A stretch of 64,000 nucleotides of DNA, taken from NCBI GenBank assembly GCA_965205425.1, contig CBDBGZ010000004.1:224001-288000 (forward strand). Reading direction: 5' to 3'. The position numbers and the translations under genes were made by a program. The notes beneath the pieces are model-generated. The model had not been told where the DNA came from and searched no databases. It saw nothing but the letters and a program-made list of their open reading frames with translations. Below, in pieces: positions 20,111 through 30,394 of this stretch. Source of the DNA: Nitrosopumilus sp. GTDB taxonomy: Archaea; Thermoproteota; Nitrososphaeria; Nitrososphaerales; Nitrosopumilaceae. Every line of letters begins with the position of its first letter. Position 1 is the stretch's first letter.

Positions 20111-21166
20111 TTAACGTCTAGATTTCTTTTTAGCTGCAGTCTTTTTCTTTGCTGGTCTCTTTTTAGCTGCAGTCTTTTTCTTTGCTGGTCTCTTTTTAGC
20201 TGCAGTCTTTTTCTTTGCTGGTCTCTTTTTAGCTGCAGTCTTTTTCTTTGCCGGTCTCTTTTTAGCTGCAGTCTTTTTCTTTGCTGGTCTCTTTTTAGCT
20301 GCAGTCTTTTTCTTTGCTGGTCTCTTTTTAGCTGCAGTCTTTTTCTTTGCTGGTCTCTTTTTAGCTGCAGTCTTTTTCTTTGCTGGTCTCTTTTTAGCTG
20401 CAGTCTTTTTCTTTGCTGGTCTCTTTTTAGCTGCAGTCTTTTTCTTTGCTGGTCTCTTTTTAGCTGCAGTCTTTTTCTTTGCTGGTCTCTTTTTAGCTGC
20501 AGTCTTTTTCTTTGCTGCGGCTTTTCGTCTATTAGCCAACAATTCTTTTAATTTTAAATGTGCTTTATCTAATGATTTTTGGGCAGTTTCTTCTGCTTTT
20601 GTTCGTCTCTCCAAATCTTTTAGGAATTTTTGTACAGATTTGTGACTTGCTGCTTTGGTTTCTCGAAGAGGTGGTTTTGATTTAGTTTGTTTTTGAATCT
20701 TTGAAACAATTTTTGATTTAATATCAGAGAAATCAGTAACATCACCTGAAATCTTTTTTGCAGTTTTTTGTCTACTTTTAATTTCTTCAACCAATTCATT
20801 GACATGATCATTTAATGAGCGTAATCTAGTCTCAGCATTTTGTTTTTCTAGAGGATTTTCAGCAAATTCAATTTCTTGTTCAGTCTGTTCGATTGCCTCT
20901 TTTTCAGTAGCCAATCTGGCCTCTGCAGCAGCAACCAATCTCCCAATACTTTCCAATTGAGAGTTCTTCCTAGTTAAAACAGTGGAAACATCAGTAGATT
21001 CTTCTTTTTCGGATTCTATTTTCTTATCAAGAGAATGTAAACCAGAAACAGAACGTTTTTCAGCGGTACGAAATTCTTTAACTTGTTCTTCTGCTTTTTT
21101 ACGTAATTTGGTTGCTTCTTGTTTCTTTTGTCGTAATTGAATTACTAGTTTTTCTAATGATGCCAA
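20111..21166 (-). CDS. Coiled-coil protein with a histone H1-like Lys/Ala tail
   Basis: E/K-rich helical N-terminus then (KKKTAAKKRPA)x11; start TTG 21166 assumed. Confidence 0.8.
   Translation of the reverse strand: MASLEKLVIQLRQKKQEATKLRKKAEEQVKEFRTAEKRSVSGLHSLDKKIESEKEESTDVSTVLTRKNSQLESIGRLVAAAEARLATEKEAIEQTEQEIEFAENPLEKQNAETRLRSLNDHVNELVEEIKSRQKTAKKISGDVTDFSDIKSKIVSKIQKQTKSKPPLRETKAASHKSVQKFLKDLERRTKAEETAQKSLDKAHLKLKELLANRRKAAAKKKTAAKKRPAKKKTAAKKRPAKKKTAAKKRPAKKKTAAKKRPAKKKTAAKKRPAKKKTAAKKRPAKKKTAAKKRPAKKKTAAKKRPAKKKTAAKKRPAKKKTAAKKRPAKKKTAAKKRPAKKKTAAKKKSRR
20126..20516. repeat. Coding 33-bp tandem repeat, about 11.8 copies
   Basis: Unit CTTTTTAGCTGCAGTCTTTTTCTTTGCTGGTCT; one variant near 20252. 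Confidence 0.95.
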
Positions 21167-21303
21167 TGATTGAATCAAGACAAATGGCTCGGTTAAGTGG
21201 TGGACATAATCAGGATTTGACTTGCAAGTTAAGAAAATTAACTTAATTTGATCGCTAAAAATCATTTTTTAAAAAATATTAGTTAAGAGATTTTATCAAC
21301 ATC

Positions 21304-21615
21304 ATGGAATTTCATCCAAAAGATTTGCCAATTTTAAGAACATATGATGTAAAAGATGAAAAAGAAGCAATGTTGGCTGTTGAAGACATTGTAAATTTAG
21401 GATTTAAAGGGAAAAAAGAAGGTTACAAAGTTTTAATGCCAAAAGAATCAAAAATTGCAAAAAGAATTGGATATTCTGTAACAACTGGAATAACAACAGG
21501 ACTTGGACAAAAAAATGAGGATAGAGATATCAAATATTGGACATATCACCATGATGACAAACATTATGCAATAGTTCTAATTCACAGAGAATTATTGGCT
21601 GAATTAGGTTTTTGA
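21304..21615 (+). CDS. Hypothetical protein
   Basis: ORF with host-like composition. Confidence 0.7.
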   Translation: MEFHPKDLPILRTYDVKDEKEAMLAVEDIVNLGFKGKKEGYKVLMPKESKIAKRIGYSVTTGITTGLGQKNEDRDIKYWTYHHDDKHYAIVLIHRELLAELGF

Positions 21616-22272
21616 TTTATCAAAGATTTTGTAAAGTTTAGTTCTATTTGCCATCACACCAGCTAGCATTACACCAACAATAGTTCCACCAATCACATCC
21701 ATAGGATAGTGTTCTAAAACATAGAGCCTACTCAATGAAATCAAAAAAGGATACAAGAACATCAGATATGCACCACGGGGAAATCGTTCAGAGAGGGCAA
21801 ACCCTAGAATAATAGCGAAAATCATTGATCTGGCCGCATGACCAGAGGGATATGATGCATCATAGCCTCCCTCACAAAATAAAGCAAACGTATCTTTACT
21901 TACAGACACAGGGAAGGACACTGCATCGTACTCAAAATCAGGCCTATCTCTATCAACACCACATTTTACATAACCAGTAAGCAATGTAGAAATCACAATC
22001 AAAATCATCAAAGTGACTCCAATTCTACGTGTTTTTGGAATGATCAAAACTAAAATTGCAAATCCTAACATCCATAATGCCTCACCACTTTCGGTGATAG
22101 ATTGCATAATCAGATCTAATGTAGGATTTCCAACATTTTCTGAAAAAAATAAAATTACATTCTGATCAAAGCTTTCTGTAATTCCAGAATATACAATTGC
22201 AGTAATAATTAGAAATAAAATTGTAAGTAAAACAAAGGAACGAGATCTAATATCAAAAAGCCAATTTTGCAA
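21604..22272 (-). CDS. PAP2-family membrane phosphatase
   Basis: K....RDRP, YPSGH, SRLYVLEHYPMDV. Confidence 0.92.
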   Translation of the reverse strand: MQNWLFDIRSRSFVLLTILFLIITAIVYSGITESFDQNVILFFSENVGNPTLDLIMQSITESGEALWMLGFAILVLIIPKTRRIGVTLMILIVISTLLTGYVKCGVDRDRPDFEYDAVSFPVSVSKDTFALFCEGGYDASYPSGHAARSMIFAIILGFALSERFPRGAYLMFLYPFLISLSRLYVLEHYPMDVIGGTIVGVMLAGVMANRTKLYKIFDKSKT

Positions 22273-22373
22273 TTACTGAAACCTCAAGCACGTGTCTTTT
22301 AATTTTTGTCAATAGATAAGTTTTGAAATAGAAATAAAGAAATCATTTCTGATCGGCTAAAGAATTTAACCAA

Positions 22374-23600
22374 GTGAACAATAGACAAATTGTGAAGGTA
22401 CTCACACTAGATGATTTTGACCTAAAAGGCAAGACTGTTTTTTTGAGAGTGGATATGAACTGCCCAATAGATCCAGAAACATTAGAAATTTCAGGTACTA
22501 AAAGAATTGAAGAGGCAATAAAAACTCTTGATTCATTAAAAGAGGCCAAAGTTGTCATTGGGTCACATCAAGGTAGAGTTGGAAATAATGAATATACGGG
22601 AATGGACAAACATGCCAAAGTTCTTGAAAAATTGATGAATAGAAAAATAAAATACGTTGAGGATACAATTGGTGAAGCAGCTCAAAATGCAATCAAAAAT
22701 TTAGAAGAAGGCGAGATTTTATTTTTAGATAATCTTCGATTATGTGCAGAAGAAAATTATGAATTTGCTCCAGAAAATGCAGCTAAAACAATCATGGTTT
22801 CTCGTTTATCAAAATTATTTGATCTTGTAGTATTGGACTCTTTTCCCAGTGCACACAGGTCACATCCATCAATAGTAGGATTCCCTCAAGTTCTCCCAGC
22901 TTGTGCAGGAAGAATTGTAGAAAGAGAGGTTAGGAATCTAGATGAAATTATGACAGTTGCAAAAGCACCTCACGTTATTGTCTTAGGGGGTTCAAAAATT
23001 CCAGATAGACTAGAAGCGATAAAATTATTGATTCAAAATGGTCGTGCAGACCATGTTCTATTGACAGGGTTAATTGGTAATGTGTTCATGAGAGCACAAG
23101 CAAGAATCAAATCCTCTATGGGAATTAAACGTGAAGAAGAAGTTGTGGCAAAAGCTCATTCATTGATAGGAGAATATCCAGATGTATTTGCAACTCCCGT
23201 AGATATTGCAATCGACAAAGATGGAGAAAGAGTAGATATGGATGTAAGAGAAATGGGAAAAGGCGATAAGATATTTGATTTAGGACCGAAGACCATAGAA
23301 TATTATTCAAAATTAATTACAGGTGCAGGAACAGTATTTATCAGCGGACCTGCAGGATTTTTTGAAAAAGAGAATTTCAGCTACGGAACAAAGGCATTAC
23401 TAAATTCAGTTGCAAATTCAATGGCAACAACTATTGTAAGTGGAGGACATCTTACTACTGCATTAAAACAGCATGGGTTAGCAGATAAAATTAATCATAT
23501 TAGTACTGCAGGAGGAGCACTTGTACTTTATCTGACAGGAGAAAAGTTACCAATGATTAAAGCATTGGAAGATGCTGCAATAAAGCACAAATCTAAATAG
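22374..23600 (+). CDS. pgk: Phosphoglycerate kinase (possible start GTG 22392)
   Basis: RVDMNCP, SHQGR, LGGSK, HISTAGGA. Confidence 0.96.
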   Translation: MNNRQIVKVLTLDDFDLKGKTVFLRVDMNCPIDPETLEISGTKRIEEAIKTLDSLKEAKVVIGSHQGRVGNNEYTGMDKHAKVLEKLMNRKIKYVEDTIGEAAQNAIKNLEEGEILFLDNLRLCAEENYEFAPENAAKTIMVSRLSKLFDLVVLDSFPSAHRSHPSIVGFPQVLPACAGRIVEREVRNLDEIMTVAKAPHVIVLGGSKIPDRLEAIKLLIQNGRADHVLLTGLIGNVFMRAQARIKSSMGIKREEEVVAKAHSLIGEYPDVFATPVDIAIDKDGERVDMDVREMGKGDKIFDLGPKTIEYYSKLITGAGTVFISGPAGFFEKENFSYGTKALLNSVANSMATTIVSGGHLTTALKQHGLADKINHISTAGGALVLYLTGEKLPMIKALEDAAIKHKSK

Positions 23601-23940
23601 AAGATTTACAAGAAGGATTAGGACATTTTCTTTCTTCTGATGGCCCTAAATGAATATCATTATCACATGCATTACAATGATGCTTCTCGATTGGATCAAA
23701 TAATTTCAGATACATTGTAGTAAAGTTCTGCGCAATATTTCTTGCAAGACCAGAATCACATAATTCATTGAAGAATGTTTCAGTATCATCTATTATCCAA
23801 GAGGGATCAAGATCACCATCAGTTTTAAGAATTTCAAAAACATCATCATTTGTGAAATTAGTGTCTACATCATTAAATTTATCAAAAATGATTTTTCGGA
23901 TTTGGAGCGTAATTGGGACTGTAGGAATAAAATCACTCAT
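23593..23940 (-). CDS. Hypothetical protein with C-terminal Zn ribbon, last gene of the suf operon
   Basis: CNAC...CPNPSC; 1 bp from sufU. Confidence 0.75.
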   Translation of the reverse strand: MSDFIPTVPITLQIRKIIFDKFNDVDTNFTNDDVFEILKTDGDLDPSWIIDDTETFFNELCDSGLARNIAQNFTTMYLKLFDPIEKHHCNACDNDIHLGPSEERKCPNPSCKSSI

Positions 23941-23941
23941 A

Positions 23942-24385
23942 CTAATACAGGTTTGCTGCCTCTTCTTTTAGTTTGTCCACATCTCCAGAATCTTCTAGAT
24001 TCTTTCCAATGTAGGTATAAAGAGCAGATTTGAGTACCTTGAGAGAAAGCAAAGCACATTTGATTCTTACAGCTTGAAGATGTTCAAGGCCTAATTCACT
24101 TAAAACATCATTCTTTTCAATGGCTCTTGCTTCATCAATACTCTTACCTTTTGTAATTTCTGTCAAAACTGAAGAACATGCCATACAAATTGCACATCCT
24201 TTTCCATGAAATTTAATATCAGTAACTTTATTTTCATCAATTTTCATATCAATATCAATACTGTCACCACATAGAGGGTTAGAATCATGGAAAGTGACAT
24301 CATGATTTTCAATTTCCCCATAGTTGATTGGATTTCTTGAATAGTCAACGATCATTTCATGATAAATGTCTGCGTTACTACTCAT
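23942..24385 (-). CDS. sufU: SufU/IscU-type scaffold
   Basis: NPLCGD, GCAICMA, RIKCALL. Confidence 0.93.
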   Translation of the reverse strand: MSSNADIYHEMIVDYSRNPINYGEIENHDVTFHDSNPLCGDSIDIDMKIDENKVTDIKFHGKGCAICMACSSVLTEITKGKSIDEARAIEKNDVLSELGLEHLQAVRIKCALLSLKVLKSALYTYIGKNLEDSGDVDKLKEEAANLY

Positions 24386-25626
24386 AATTTGAACACCTTT
24401 GCCACAATATTTAATGAATTTACCAGAATATCAATGTCTTGTTTAGTATTGTAAATGTAAAAGCTAGCTCTAGATGTTGCTGCAACATTTAGTCTTTCCA
24501 TTAATACTTGTGCACAGTGATGGCCAGATCTAACTGCAATTCCTTCTTCATCAATAATTTGAGCAACATCATGAGGGTGAACATCTGCAAAATTAAATGA
24601 GATCACACCACCACGTTTTGAAATATCTTTAGTGCCATAGATATGGAGTCCTTTAACTGCAGATAATTTTTCTATAGCATATTTTGTTAATTCAATTTCG
24701 TGTTCCCTTACATTATCCATTCCAATTTTAGTTAGATAGTCAATTGCAGCCCCCAATCCAACAACATCTGCAATGTTTGGAGTTCCTGCCTCAAACTTGT
24801 ATGGCAAATCATTCCAGGTCGTTTCATATTTGTGAACCTCTCTAATCATATCCCCACCACCATGAAATGGACTCATGGTTTCTAGTACGGATTTTTTAAC
24901 CCATAAAACACCAATTCCAGTTGGTCCAAGCATTTTATGGCCAGAAAATGCAAAAAAGTCACATCCTAATTCTTCAAGGTCTACTTTCATGTGAGGAACT
25001 GCTTGAGCACCATCGATTAGAGTGAGTACGCCTGCAGTTTTGCATTTTTCAATAATTTTTTCAGTATTTGTAATTGTTCCAAGAACATTTGACATTAAAC
25101 TAAAAGTGACAAGTTTGACTTTACCTGTTACCAGGATTTTATCAAGATCATCTAAAATTAATTCACCATTATCATCCATTCCAATGTATTCAAGTTTAGC
25201 TTTTTTTTCTTGTGTTACAAGTTGCCATGGAACAATGTTACTGTGATGTTCATATTCAGTAGTAACTATAATGTCTCCTTCTTTGATATGAGTTCTGCCC
25301 CATGCATATGCAACTAAATTAATTGCTTCAGTGGTACCTCTAACAAAGATAATTTCTTGGCGATTTTTAATATTAACAAAATTTGCAATTTTATCTCTTG
25401 TTGCTTCATATGCTTCAGTAGCTTCTTCAGCAAGTGCATAAACTGCTCTGTGAATATTTGCATTATGGTTTTGATAATAATCAGTAATAGAATCAATTAC
25501 TTGATTTGGTTTTTGAGTAGTAGATGCATTATCTAGATAAACAAGAGGTTTGTTATCTCTAACTGTTCTTTTAAGAATTGGGAAATCATTTCTAATATTT
25601 TCGAATAGTAATTCAGTACTTTGCAT
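24382..25626 (-). CDS. sufS: Cysteine desulfurase
   Basis: YLDNASTTQKP, FSGHKMLGPTG, RSGHHCA. Confidence 0.97.
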   Translation of the reverse strand: MQSTELLFENIRNDFPILKRTVRDNKPLVYLDNASTTQKPNQVIDSITDYYQNHNANIHRAVYALAEEATEAYEATRDKIANFVNIKNRQEIIFVRGTTEAINLVAYAWGRTHIKEGDIIVTTEYEHHSNIVPWQLVTQEKKAKLEYIGMDDNGELILDDLDKILVTGKVKLVTFSLMSNVLGTITNTEKIIEKCKTAGVLTLIDGAQAVPHMKVDLEELGCDFFAFSGHKMLGPTGIGVLWVKKSVLETMSPFHGGGDMIREVHKYETTWNDLPYKFEAGTPNIADVVGLGAAIDYLTKIGMDNVREHEIELTKYAIEKLSAVKGLHIYGTKDISKRGGVISFNFADVHPHDVAQIIDEEGIAVRSGHHCAQVLMERLNVAATSRASFYIYNTKQDIDILVNSLNIVAKVFKL

Positions 25627-25629
25627 ATC

Positions 25630-25938
25630 TTAAAGCTCCACGTAAATTTCGTTGGCGTCTATTTTAACATTGTATATTTTGAGAGAAGTTTCAGCAGGAA
25701 GGTTTTGGGGTTCACCATTTACCAAATTAAAAACAGAGAGATGTAATGGACATCTAACGCCTTCATCACTTAGAAAACCAGCAGAAAGGTCAGCATCAGC
25801 ATGAGTACATATCAAATCAGTTGCATGTATTTTCCCCTTTAGATTAGCTATGAGAAGTTTCTTATCTTCATGAACAAATCCAAAAAGTTGGCCTTCTTTT
25901 ACCTGCTCTGTACTGCAAGCTTTAATCCATTCAGACAA
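25630..25938 (-). CDS. Rieske-type ferredoxin
   Basis: CTH and CPLH ligands. Confidence 0.92.
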   Translation of the reverse strand: MSEWIKACSTEQVKEGQLFGFVHEDKKLLIANLKGKIHATDLICTHADADLSAGFLSDEGVRCPLHLSVFNLVNGEPQNLPAETSLKIYNVKIDANEIYVEL

Positions 25939-25942
25939 AATA

Positions 25943-27343
25943 TCACCTATACTTGTAATGTTGTTCTATTTCAGAATCTTCATTGTATCGAGTTTCCTCA
26001 ATTTCAACAAACTTTGTTAGTTCTTCATCAGTGTTAATCGTAAGTTCTTTGTTGTCCCATTTTGATTCAATAAGATATGCAATCCATGCTCTAACTTGGA
26101 AAGACATTTTTCTTGAAAGTGGTTCTAAGAAACCCTCAACAATTGTTCTTTCAGCTTCTTCATGACTTAGACATCTAGTTTTCAAATAGAATACTTGTTC
26201 CTCATCAATTTGTGCAACTGAGGCAGAGTGAGTTGCCTTTACATCATTAGTGAAAATTTCTAATCCAGGAATTGCATCAGATTTTGCATCTTTATCTAAG
26301 AGAATTGAACGACCAGACAAAAATGAATTTGATTTTGTAGCATTTTCTTTAATTCTAATCATTCCCTTGAAAAGAGATTTTGATTTATTTCTAAGAATTG
26401 ATTTTTCAACAACTCTACCCTCTGTTGCTGGACTTTCATGGTTAACATTAGTTTGAATATCAAATGATTGCTCATTGTTTCCAAAGATTACTTCAGAATC
26501 ATTAGAGGATGCACCAGTACCATTTAGGAAATATTCGATTTTGTATCGAGATAACATTGATCCAAATAATCCAGAATACCAATTGACTTTGGCATCTTGA
26601 GCCAAATCTGTTCTTCTAGTTGAAAATGCTACTGCATGTTGATCAATCATTTGAAGAGTGGTAACATCTAGTTGAGCATTTGCTCCAAGAGCAGTATTCA
26701 TCAATTCCAAATATGCTTGTTGAGTTTGAATGCTTGGAGAATACAATTCCTGTACAATGCTAGCCTTGCTACTTTCATCTGCAAAGATCACATTTCTAGA
26801 AATGGTTGAATGGCCATCTTCAGATAGGCAAGTGAACATGTGGATTGGCTTATCGACAATCAAATTACGTGGGATGTGAATGAATATTCCTGAATTAAAA
26901 GCAGCGTTGTTTAGTGCAGTGAATTTATCTTCTTCAGATTTTGAAGCCTCTAGTGCTTTTTTTACCAATTCAGAATTATTTTCTATTGCATCAGAGATTG
27001 ATGAGATTACTAATCCTTTTGATTTTAGTTCGTCAGGAAGATTGATTTTGATAATATTAGTTCCAATTTGAATAATACAAATTTCATTTTCTAGTTCACC
27101 TAATCTTTTTGTTAAGAAATTAGGAATTGTTTCTGTAGTAGATGTTGAAAGAGATACTTTTTCTGGGTCCATCTTTTTTGCATCAGTGTACTTATTGTAA
27201 AGTGGTGATAATTCAATTGGCAAACTATCATAGACCGATAATGAATTCTTTCTGTAATCCTTTAGCCAATCAGGTTCATTTCTTGATGAGGAGATCTCAT
27301 CAATGAGACTGGTGTTGATTTTTGAAAGAATTTCTTGAGACAT
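25943..27343 (-). CDS. sufD: Fe-S cluster assembly protein SufD
   Basis: PGLEIFTNDVKATHSASV, FYLKTR. Confidence 0.93.
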   Translation of the reverse strand: MSQEILSKINTSLIDEISSSRNEPDWLKDYRKNSLSVYDSLPIELSPLYNKYTDAKKMDPEKVSLSTSTTETIPNFLTKRLGELENEICIIQIGTNIIKINLPDELKSKGLVISSISDAIENNSELVKKALEASKSEEDKFTALNNAAFNSGIFIHIPRNLIVDKPIHMFTCLSEDGHSTISRNVIFADESSKASIVQELYSPSIQTQQAYLELMNTALGANAQLDVTTLQMIDQHAVAFSTRRTDLAQDAKVNWYSGLFGSMLSRYKIEYFLNGTGASSNDSEVIFGNNEQSFDIQTNVNHESPATEGRVVEKSILRNKSKSLFKGMIRIKENATKSNSFLSGRSILLDKDAKSDAIPGLEIFTNDVKATHSASVAQIDEEQVFYLKTRCLSHEEAERTIVEGFLEPLSRKMSFQVRAWIAYLIESKWDNKELTINTDEELTKFVEIEETRYNEDSEIEQHYKYR

Positions 27344-27370
27344 GATTTATCAAAATTAGGTATTGGGAGT

Positions 27371-28780
27371 TTATCCCACCGAGTCATCCATTTCTAGTTT
27401 GATGAGTCTGTTTAGTTCAACAGCATACTCCATTGGTAATTCTTTTGTGAATGGTTCCATGAAACCATTAACAATTAGAGACAATGCTTCTTCTTCACTA
27501 AATCCTCTACTCATAAGATAGAAGATTTGTTCATCACCAATTTTTCCAACAGTTGCTTCGTGAGTAATTGTTGCATCCTCCTGATTGATTTCCATGTAAG
27601 GGTAGGTATCAGTTTTTGATGTATCGTCTAAGAGTAATGCATCACATCTTACAGTAGATTTTACGCCAGTAGCACCTTTTGCTACATTTAGCATTCCTCG
27701 GTAAGTGGAACGACCATCCATTCTACTTACTGACTTTGATGTGACTTTGGAAGTTGTATTTGGTGCAAGATGAACCATTTTTGCGCCTGTGTCTTGGTGT
27801 TGTCCTTTACCAGCAAAGGCAATAGATAATGTTTCACCATAGGCTCTCTCACCCATAAGGTATACTCCAGGATACTTCATTGTTAGTTTACTACCAATGT
27901 TTCCATCAATCCATTCAACAGTTGCACCTTCATATGCATAAGCACGTTTGGTTACAAGATTGTAAACATCAGCACTCCAATTTTGGATTGTTGTGTATCT
28001 TAATTTTGCATCCTTGTGTGCAACTAACTCTACAACTGCAGAGTGTAGTGATTCTGAAGAATAGACAGGAGCAGTACAACCTTCAATGTAGTGTACTTCT
28101 GCACCCTCATCTACAATGATCAATGTTCTTTCAAATTGACCAATGTTTTCTGCATTAATTCTAAAGTATGCTTGCAGAGGCATGTCTACTTTGACACCTG
28201 GTGGAACATAGATGAATGAACCACCACTCCAAACTGCACTGTTTAATGCTGCAAATTTGTTATCCTCTGGAGGAATAATTTTACCAAAGTATTTTTTGAA
28301 TAACTCTGGATGTTCAATTAAAGCTGCATCAGTATCTAAAAAGAGAACACCTTGTTTTGCCAAATCTTCTCTTAAACTGTGGTATACAACTTCAGATTCA
28401 TACTGTGCACCAACACCTGCTAAAAATTTCTTTTCAGCTTCTGGAATTCCAAGTTTATCAAAGGTGTTTTTGACATTTTCTGGAACATCATCCCAGTTCT
28501 TTTCTACTTTGTCAGATGCTTTTGCATAATAGTAAATATTTTGGAAATCAATTACACTAAGATCTCCACCCCAAGTTGGCATTGGTTTTTGCATAAATAT
28601 TTCAAAAGAACGTAATCGAAAATCAAGCATCCATTGTGGCTCTTTTTTCATTTTACTAATTTCTATTACAGTTTCCTTAGACAGGCCTTTCTTGCTAAGG
28701 TGGACATACATTTCTGTAGAGTCTTTAAAATCATATTGTGAATAATCCATATCTAGATTTTCAGTAGTCATGTCCGTCAT
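27371..28780 (-). CDS. sufB: Fe-S cluster assembly protein SufB
   Basis: [30 protein letters not shown]. Confidence 0.97.
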   Translation of the reverse strand: MTDMTTENLDMDYSQYDFKDSTEMYVHLSKKGLSKETVIEISKMKKEPQWMLDFRLRSFEIFMQKPMPTWGGDLSVIDFQNIYYYAKASDKVEKNWDDVPENVKNTFDKLGIPEAEKKFLAGVGAQYESEVVYHSLREDLAKQGVLFLDTDAALIEHPELFKKYFGKIIPPEDNKFAALNSAVWSGGSFIYVPPGVKVDMPLQAYFRINAENIGQFERTLIIVDEGAEVHYIEGCTAPVYSSESLHSAVVELVAHKDAKLRYTTIQNWSADVYNLVTKRAYAYEGATVEWIDGNIGSKLTMKYPGVYLMGERAYGETLSIAFAGKGQHQDTGAKMVHLAPNTTSKVTSKSVSRMDGRSTYRGMLNVAKGATGVKSTVRCDALLLDDTSKTDTYPYMEINQEDATITHEATVGKIGDEQIFYLMSRGFSEEEALSLIVNGFMEPFTKELPMEYAVELNRLIKLEMDDSVG

Positions 28781-28812
28781 AACCCCGTTATATTATAAAT
28801 ACATGAGGAAAA

Positions 28813-28840
28813 ATAGGCACAGCTAAATAGCTTCAGCTAA
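28813..28840. promoter_or_regulatory. Two tandem WTAG-N6-CTAA boxes upstream of the sufB TATA box
   Basis: ATAGGCACAGCTAA followed directly by ATAGCTTCAGCTAA; minus-strand TTTATAATATA at about 28789-28799. Confidence 0.45.
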
Positions 28841-28859
28841 ATTTTGGAGTTTAGATAAT

Positions 28860-29663
28860 CTAGTTAAGACTAGTTTTCATTGTATCAAATGCACCTGAAA
28901 CAGTATGAATTTCAGAGACAACATAAGAAACATCAAATTTCTTTAGTTCCTCAGAAGTAAAAGGCCCAATACACACTAGAGATAATTTTGAGAGATGGTT
29001 AAGCAAATCCAATTTTTCATAATCTTTTTGCATTATTTCAAAAAATCCACGAACAGATGATGCACTAGTAAAGATTACACCATCAACCTTATTTTGAGAA
29101 AATAATTCACGAAACCCATTCCATTGAGTTGTATCTCTAAATGCACATACATCATACAGATGAATTTCTATAACATTAATTCCAATTTTATTTAATAATT
29201 CTTTGAGAAAAGAATTTGATGCTCCACTACGAGGAATGATCACTTTTTTGTCTACAGCATTGATTTGAGAAAATTCCTCACCAACACCTATTGAAGAATT
29301 ATTTTTTGGTTCATGATTTACTGTGATCCCATATGTGTTCAGAGTTGCAGTAGTTTTAGGACCTACAGACATTACCATAGTATTTGCAACTGCCAATTGT
29401 AATTTCTCAAAGTTTCCAATATTTTTTGCAGTGTCAAATAGTATTTTGACAGCTTTTGAGCTTAGAAATACAGAGTAATCTGGAGTTTCAGTTTCAATTA
29501 GATTTAAAAATTCATCAACAATTTTTTCCCCCTTACTTACAAGTTCTATTGTAGGTAATGCTATTGGTATTGCTTTGTTACTTTCAGCAAGTAAAATGAA
29601 TTCTGATGCATCGTCTTTTGAGCGAGTAATGGCTATAGTTTTTCCATCAAGCATTATTTCCAA
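28860..29663 (-). CDS. hemD: Uroporphyrinogen-III synthase
   Basis: IAITR, VGPKT, FTSASSV, CIGPFT; operon context. Confidence 0.92.
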   Translation of the reverse strand: MEIMLDGKTIAITRSKDDASEFILLAESNKAIPIALPTIELVSKGEKIVDEFLNLIETETPDYSVFLSSKAVKILFDTAKNIGNFEKLQLAVANTMVMSVGPKTTATLNTYGITVNHEPKNNSSIGVGEEFSQINAVDKKVIIPRSGASNSFLKELLNKIGINVIEIHLYDVCAFRDTTQWNGFRELFSQNKVDGVIFTSASSVRGFFEIMQKDYEKLDLLNHLSKLSLVCIGPFTSEELKKFDVSYVVSEIHTVSGAFDTMKTSLN

Positions 29664-30394
29664 CCTATAGTATCTGACAAATCAACAACATTGCCAATTA
29701 TAATATTTGTAGGAGGAGTAATTTTATTTTCTTTAACTTTTTTTGCAATATTTATGACTGTACCTTTGATCATTTTTTGTTTAAGAGTAGTTCCATTTTG
29801 AATAACAGCTACAGGAGTTTTTTTATCCATTCCACCAGCAATTAGTTGTTTACAAATAACATCTATTCTTGACAATCCCATCATAATTACAATAGTATCA
29901 ACAGATTTTGCAAGATTTTTCCATTTTACAATTTCTTTTTTCTTTTCTGGATCTTCATGACCAGTTACAAAAACTACAGAAGATGCATGTTTTCTATGAG
30001 TTAGAGGAATTCCGGCATATGTTGCAGATCCAATTCCAGAAGTAATGCCGGGAACAATTTCATATTTTACTTTGTTTTCTTTAAGAAATTCTGCTTCTTC
30101 GCCACCACGTCCAAAGATAATTGGGTCACCGCCCTTTAGTCGAACTACATTTTTTTTAGATTTTGCATATTGAACCATTAGATCATTAGTTGTATTTTGA
30201 TGAGTCGTATCATCACCAACTGCTCTACCAACATAGACTTTTTCTGTATTTTTTGGAATCATAGAAATAATTTTTTTGCTTACCAATCTATCATAAAGAA
30301 CAACATCTGCTTTTTCAATTAATTCAACTGCACGTAATGTGATTAATTTACTATCTCCAGGCCCTGCACCAACAAGATACACTTTTCCAGTCAT
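29654..30394 (-). CDS. cobA: Uroporphyrinogen-III C-methyltransferase
   Basis: VYLVGAGPGD, RLKGGDP, VPGITS. Confidence 0.96.
   Translation of the reverse strand: MTGKVYLVGAGPGDSKLITLRAVELIEKADVVLYDRLVSKKIISMIPKNTEKVYVGRAVGDDTTHQNTTNDLMVQYAKSKKNVVRLKGGDPIIFGRGGEEAEFLKENKVKYEIVPGITSGIGSATYAGIPLTHRKHASSVVFVTGHEDPEKKKEIVKWKNLAKSVDTIVIMMGLSRIDVICKQLIAGGMDKKTPVAVIQNGTTLKQKMIKGTVINIAKKVKENKITPPTNIIIGNVVDLSDTIGWK

Noticed and set aside
20126..20516. 33-bp repeats as a CRISPR array
   Set aside because: No spacers, in-frame coding repeat, no cas genes.
872..27371. IS-mediated inversion separating sufC from sufB
   Set aside because: The IS after sufC have intact TSDs and no IS borders sufB; each half has its own promoter, so the split looks older.
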